DNA of 64,000 nt from Candidatus Levyibacteriota bacterium (lineage in GTDB: Bacteria; Patescibacteriota; Microgenomatia; Levybacterales; UBA12049): assembly GCA_963716145.1 (NCBI GenBank), contig OY970292.1, forward strand, positions 204,104 to 268,103, written 5' to 3'. Shown in pieces: positions 58,934 through 64,000 of the stretch. Every line of letters starts with the position of its first letter. Position 1 is the stretch's first letter. Made by a program: the position numbers and the translations under genes. The notes under the pieces were generated by a model. The model did no database searches, was not told the DNA's origin, and worked only from the letters and a program-made list of their open reading frames with translations.

Positions 58934-59902
58934 CTACAACACTTCGGTAAAGTAAGATTTAACTGTCTGCACTGCTTGCCTGGGCAGTCCATTATCGCTC
59001 CACAAAGCAGTTGAACCACCCACGTTCACCCAATAATTTATACCAATCAATTCTGGCATTGGTGATAGTTGATGAAAAGCAGAATTAATCCATTGCTTCT
59101 GTTCCAATTCGGACATTTTTCCATGAATTGAGGGAATCGGAGCACCAAATTCACCCAAAACAACTTTCCCCCCACTTTTTTTTGCTATATAGCTTACATC
59201 TTTGGCCAATATTTCAGGTGATTTAACGTAGTGATCTATAACCACTATTCCTCCCAGTTGCTTTGTTGTTTGCTGATCCATAACTTTGTGTGCCACATCC
59301 ATATTCATTGAAAAATAATTTGGAATAACTTTCTTTTTTATTGATTTAAAGCTATCTTCCGTTACCTTATACTCATTTATTAGAAAAGTCTGATAAATTT
59401 TAAGAGTTTTTTTGTCGTACACGTTTACTTTTGAACCATTTTCACATTCTGGGCAGGAACTGAATATATCCCCATCTTGAAACAAGTCAGGGTTGTTATG
59501 AATAAATTGCTTAGTCTTGGCAAGGTGAGTTGCTCTATCAATTTTTTTATAACCAAACCAGCCTTCCCATCCTGAAAAATTCCCTCTAAAATACACTTTC
59601 AGCTTGTTTTTTCTGGCTGCTTTTACCCAAACATTTAAGACAGGCAAAAATTCATCATCATATGGTGTACCTATTGCAACGTGGGTGGCGCCTGTTTTTG
59701 CAATATCAGTCACCTGCTGGTCAATTGAATAACGAAAGGTGTGACCGCTTAAGGTCTGCCTTGCCATGTCTCGTGAGTATTTCATTGTATCGATCGACTT
59801 AACGGTCCAATTTTTTTTTGCTTTTTTAACATACACTAGGGTAACAATCAGCACAATTAAAAATACCAGAAGAATTAGTGAGGCGACTTTTAAAATCTTC
59901 AT
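58934..59902 (-). CDS. Membrane-anchored putative glycoside hydrolase (TIM-barrel, GH-A-like)
   Basis: CPECE, IDHY, VLGEFG, GINYW; located in the glycan cluster. Confidence 0.6.
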   Translation of the reverse strand: MKILKVASLILLVFLIVLIVTLVYVKKAKKNWTVKSIDTMKYSRDMARQTLSGHTFRYSIDQQVTDIAKTGATHVAIGTPYDDEFLPVLNVWVKAARKNKLKVYFRGNFSGWEGWFGYKKIDRATHLAKTKQFIHNNPDLFQDGDIFSSCPECENGSKVNVYDKKTLKIYQTFLINEYKVTEDSFKSIKKKVIPNYFSMNMDVAHKVMDQQTTKQLGGIVVIDHYVKSPEILAKDVSYIAKKSGGKVVLGEFGAPIPSIHGKMSELEQKQWINSAFHQLSPMPELIGINYWVNVGGSTALWSDNGLPRQAVQTVKSYFTEVL

Positions 59903-59905
59903 AGT

Positions 59906-62900
59906 TTATTTATTAACAGCTAGATTTGGCGTAAGCTGTAGCTTGCTGACATACTCACTTTTAAGCTCATAAACGTCAGCAAATGGGTATTCACGAACCA
60001 TTTCATAATCTTTCCTAAACGTGGGATTATTAAGCAAAAGCTTTCCCAGTAAATCATCAGGATCGTGGGTTCGAAATACCACCCATCTTGCCCATCTTTC
60101 AGGATGTGCTATGGATAAGTCCCAGTACAATCCTGTCCCCTCATGAATAAAACGTTTCATAGGCATTCCGGAAGAAAAAATAATAGCATCGTGTTTTGCA
60201 GCTGCCAGAAGAACAAACCCCTGCTTATCCATTGCGTAATCATGAAGATAGCTGCTCACTTCTGTAACATTTTTTCCACCCAAACCAACTCTTGCATCAT
60301 CAAGTGTTACAGCTTCCTGATTAATATATCCAAAAATTGAAACAAAAAGCATCAATCCAATCAAAATTACTTTGTAAGCGCGCATCCTGTACATGAGATA
60401 TCCTACAAGGATAGCAATTGTCGGCATCATCATCAGTCCATAACGAACATTGAACCATGAGTTAATTCCCAATCCTTGTACAAAAAGCACAGAATGCCCA
60501 ACATATAGGGCAATTATGTTAAAAAATAGCGGAGAAAGAAGCGCCAAGGATGCTATCCTAATAGGCTTTTCAATTTTTTTGTCAAACCACAGCATCCAGG
60601 CTCCTACTGCCCCTAAAATAGTTATAAAAACATCTGAATTATAAACAACAGCATACATATATGTTTGAATAGAAAAGGGTAGATTTCTTTTTGTGGCAAG
60701 ATATCCTGCCTGCTCAATTATCTTTTGCTGTGCATTTGCAGAATACGGACCAAAAGCGAAAAATAATGGGTCTTTAAAAATCATTAGATTCCAAAAAAAC
60801 CAAAGGAATATACCAAAACCCCCAAGAGTTACAAACATTACTACCGCTCCCTCAGCTGTTTTATATCCACGCCTTCTGAGAGTCCTAATGAATACTAATG
60901 CAGTTGCAAAAGCGAATAAAAACCACCCGTCATAACGGATCAGTGTAGACAGCATAATCCAAAAAGCTGCTTTTATGAGATCAAATATTTTTTCAGTCTG
61001 ATGCCAAATCATTAATTCATACACTCCGGCCATCATGGTTGCTATCAGACAGAGCTCTGTCATGGCAGTCGATTGCATATATAAAATATTTAGATTTAAG
61101 GCAAATACCAAAACTCCAACAATTCTTCCGAACATGCTGACTCCAAGTTTTTTTAGAAATAAGTAAATCAATAGTCCTGTTGCAACATATGACATCATTG
61201 ACCAGATAGCCCCTGCTAGACCTGAATGCCACATAAAGTCATTCCAGATTGTTAACGTCATTAAAATATGCGGCAAGGGAAGCCAAACACTCCCAAGCTG
61301 AGCAAATCCCGGCTTAATGCTTTCGACAACTCTTCTTGAAATATCCAAATGAGACCTTGCATCGTTATAAGCAATTCCCATCCCATTTAAGTAATAAAAT
61401 ACAAAATCAGCTATTGAAATAGCTGTTAGACAGACAATCAAAGTAAGTTTTTCATTCTTTTCGAAAAACTTTTTTACACTTTGACCCCAACCAAAAGAAA
61501 TAGAAATACTTTTATCAAACAGGTTTCTGTCAGATTTTTTTAGATGGCCAAGGCTTATATTTTTATCTGGATAATAAAATAAGTAGGCAAGATAAAATCC
61601 CGTAACTATAATTATAAAAATAGTTAAATCAATATAATAATCCCACGCTGAAACATGATTTGCTGCAAATGCCTGAAAGACAAATGATTTAGATTCTCCG
61701 CCGTTTATAATATCTGCGTTTCTAAAATAGTTATACTTTTGCTTTTGGTGATATTGCTTCTCAAGCGCTATTGCTTCGCTTTTCGGAGGATTAGTAGTTG
61801 GTGTAAGGGCACCTAATGTGTTGACAGCAACAGAGTAAGATAATACTGCAAAAAATATCAATAAAAATATATTATACTTTCTAAATTTTGTTAACAATTG
61901 AGCGATAAACACAGATAATATCGCATAGGTTGGAATCAAATAACGTGATCCAAAAGCCCAACCTCCTTGGGGATCATCCCACATGGAATACAGGAGGATA
62001 TTACACAACGCAATAACTACAAGTAAACAAACATTGTTGTTCCACTTTTTGAATGAATAAATAATGCCCAATATACCAAATAACATAATGGGAGTAAAAA
62101 CAATCATACCGCGGTCAGGACTTAGAAAATGTACATAAAGTCCGGTTAACATATGTCTATTTTGAAAAGCGGAGAAAAATGAAGTATTTGGAATATTGGC
62201 CATTTTCTTTTCTTTAATCGCTTTTTTAATAATCTCACTTCCAAGGTTTGGTTTACCGCTCTTACTTATGCTAGTTACTTGATCCAGGGTTCCTGAAAGC
62301 TTGAGTGCTCCTCCGTTTGCATTTTGGTTATACCAAAACATAAGCGCGAAAGGTAAAATTATGCCTAAAACCATAAGCAGGCGCTTAAGTGAAAAGCTTA
62401 CCTTTATTGTATTCTCGTGCTTTTTAAGTGAAAATGTTTTTGCAAGTGCATAAACCGCAATGGGAAACATCAAAATCAGATTTGGATAATCAACTATGAA
62501 CGCTAGCCCGTAAATTGTCCAAAAAATAAGAAGGGATTTAAGACTATTAAAACGAATTAATATATATATACTCAGTAAAATTAAAAATGTTGAAATATGA
62601 TGCTGGTAAAGCGTTGTGGCGTAAGCAAAAGCTGGGGAAGCAAAGATAAAGGTAACTGAGGCAATTGAAGCTGCAATAGGATTTGATCCCATTAGCATTG
62701 CAATTTTACGCAGTAAGTAAACATTAAGAAGCGCGAAAACAGCAGCTGTAGCAAAAGCTCCAACTTGAGAAATTCCTAAAGCTTTTCCAAATAAATATCC
62801 CGGGATGCTCAAAAAAGATATTCCCGGAGCAAAAAGAGAAATATATTTTCCATCTCTATAACCAAGATCAGGAGTAGCCAAAAGCGCAATATCCTTAGAA

Positions 62901-63118
62901 AATTCCAAAGAGTGATCCTCAACTATAGAATATAGTAAGGCAAAACGTCCGCCTTCAACGGAAGGCTCAAGCGGTCCTGTCTGGCTCCACTTAGGATCAG
63001 CAAAATCTGCTGGACTGGGGTTACCGGGAATTCCCTTGACAGATAGCGTTAGGATAAGTCCGCAAAACAGCAAAAATAGTGAATTTTTTATATATTTCTT
63101 AATTAACTTCCAGTTCAT
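59906..63118 (-). CDS. Large membrane protein with two GT-C (PMT/ArnT-like) modules
   Basis: First half GGWAFGSRYL; second half YNDARSH, WLPLPH, MTE, RYDGW, NVRYG. Confidence 0.7.
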   Translation of the reverse strand: MNWKLIKKYIKNSLFLLFCGLILTLSVKGIPGNPSPADFADPKWSQTGPLEPSVEGGRFALLYSIVEDHSLEFSKDIALLATPDLGYRDGKYISLFAPGISFLSIPGYLFGKALGISQVGAFATAAVFALLNVYLLRKIAMLMGSNPIAASIASVTFIFASPAFAYATTLYQHHISTFLILLSIYILIRFNSLKSLLIFWTIYGLAFIVDYPNLILMFPIAVYALAKTFSLKKHENTIKVSFSLKRLLMVLGIILPFALMFWYNQNANGGALKLSGTLDQVTSISKSGKPNLGSEIIKKAIKEKKMANIPNTSFFSAFQNRHMLTGLYVHFLSPDRGMIVFTPIMLFGILGIIYSFKKWNNNVCLLVVIALCNILLYSMWDDPQGGWAFGSRYLIPTYAILSVFIAQLLTKFRKYNIFLLIFFAVLSYSVAVNTLGALTPTTNPPKSEAIALEKQYHQKQKYNYFRNADIINGGESKSFVFQAFAANHVSAWDYYIDLTIFIIIVTGFYLAYLFYYPDKNISLGHLKKSDRNLFDKSISISFGWGQSVKKFFEKNEKLTLIVCLTAISIADFVFYYLNGMGIAYNDARSHLDISRRVVESIKPGFAQLGSVWLPLPHILMTLTIWNDFMWHSGLAGAIWSMMSYVATGLLIYLFLKKLGVSMFGRIVGVLVFALNLNILYMQSTAMTELCLIATMMAGVYELMIWHQTEKIFDLIKAAFWIMLSTLIRYDGWFLFAFATALVFIRTLRRRGYKTAEGAVVMFVTLGGFGIFLWFFWNLMIFKDPLFFAFGPYSANAQQKIIEQAGYLATKRNLPFSIQTYMYAVVYNSDVFITILGAVGAWMLWFDKKIEKPIRIASLALLSPLFFNIIALYVGHSVLFVQGLGINSWFNVRYGLMMMPTIAILVGYLMYRMRAYKVILIGLMLFVSIFGYINQEAVTLDDARVGLGGKNVTEVSSYLHDYAMDKQGFVLLAAAKHDAIIFSSGMPMKRFIHEGTGLYWDLSIAHPERWARWVVFRTHDPDDLLGKLLLNNPTFRKDYEMVREYPFADVYELKSEYVSKLQLTPNLAVNK

Positions 63119-63945
63119 AGATATCTCCTTACAAATGTACTTTTTATAATTTTTCTTACTCGAATAGTTGAGGGCGAAAATGCTGATTTGAATTCTGAAA
63201 AGCTATGAGTCCGATCTATGCCAATTCTTGGGATTATTAGCGGATTAATTTTTTCTTTTATAAATCCATCTTCCATTGTCAACCCCAAACTGTATTTTGC
63301 CTGCGAAACATATCGCAGCATCTCTTTTGAGTACTTTCCTTTAGGATAAGCAAAGTAGTTTATTTTTCTACCGAGTGATTTCTCCAAATTTTTTTTTGCC
63401 AGAATTATTTCTTTTTTTAACTGCGAAGGCGAAAGCTTGGAAAAATCAGCATGAGTGTTACTGTGACATCCTATTTCCCATCCATTTAGAATCAAGCTTT
63501 TAATTTCTTTTTTGTTCAAATAGCTGCTTTTAATACCAATTTCCGAGGCATTTACGTTTTTTGCATCAGCCAATAAAAAGAGTGCAGGCTGAATATTTTG
63601 TTCTTTTAAAAAGTCTTTTAACTGTAAAATATTTTTGTGACCATCATCAAATGTCAAAACAATTGAAGGTGTGGTTAGTGTAATTTTGCCATCAATATAA
63701 GCTTTAACTGTTTTTAAGCTTATAAATTGATAATTGCTTTTAAGGTAGGAGATTTGTTGTTTCATGGTTTTTAGGTCTATACTAAATCTCCAGCCATCAC
63801 TAGCTACGCTGTGATAGGTAAGTATAGAAATAGGATTTGCTTGTTTTAAGATCTTGCAATCTATTGCACCAAGTGTGCTGTAAGCAAATCTCCTGGTAGC
63901 AATGTAGGACAAAAATAATAGTGATTGTGTTTTATTAAATTTCAT
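63115..63945 (-). CDS. Polysaccharide deacetylase (CE4/NodB)
   Basis: LTYH, LTFDDG, HSNTH, FAYPKG. Confidence 0.9.
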   Translation of the reverse strand: MKFNKTQSLLFLSYIATRRFAYSTLGAIDCKILKQANPISILTYHSVASDGWRFSIDLKTMKQQISYLKSNYQFISLKTVKAYIDGKITLTTPSIVLTFDDGHKNILQLKDFLKEQNIQPALFLLADAKNVNASEIGIKSSYLNKKEIKSLILNGWEIGCHSNTHADFSKLSPSQLKKEIILAKKNLEKSLGRKINYFAYPKGKYSKEMLRYVSQAKYSLGLTMEDGFIKEKINPLIIPRIGIDRTHSFSEFKSAFSPSTIRVRKIIKSTFVRRYL

Positions 63946-64000
63946 AATTATAGGTTAATCTATTATACTATAATAAACTATTAATCGCAAACTATAAGCT

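Noticed and set aside
157-61232. Many short antisense or overlapping ORFs in the track (e.g. 1203-1556, 12317-12790, 16561-16962, 20143-20574, 45128-45433)
   Set aside because: They are shadows of well-supported genes or of the riboswitch, with no motifs or initiation signals of their own.

Overview
This is a 64-kb, AT-rich, gene-dense bacterial segment. Its gene content and organisation suggest a Patescibacteria/CPR genome, probably Microgenomates (inference, not a database result). It encodes sugar-phosphate enzymes, a short HolA, uvrA/uvrC, dinB, dus, secG, a MacAB-like exporter, an archaeal-type PPAT/dephospho-CoA-kinase fusion, a DEAH helicase, several surface proteins, a sortase with a likely substrate, and the end of a glycan cluster. 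It also holds nine tRNAs and an FMN riboswitch upstream of a DMT transporter. About ten single-base frameshifts are most likely assembly errors. No CRISPR array, rRNA, integrase or transposase was seen. The most unusual signal is a small non-coding element with TTCGGCAAGCTCA ... CTGAGCnAAGTCGAAG ends. At tRNA-Lys and tRNA-Gly it is about 80 bp, lies between duplicated 19-bp tRNA 3' ends that break at the same T-loop position, and carries an internal segment antisense to its own target. At an ABC permease gene a partial copy separates two synonymously recoded copies of the C-terminus IEALRYE*. Other periodic or palindromic repeat families occur in tRNA leaders, between genes, and in frame inside uvrA and dinB.
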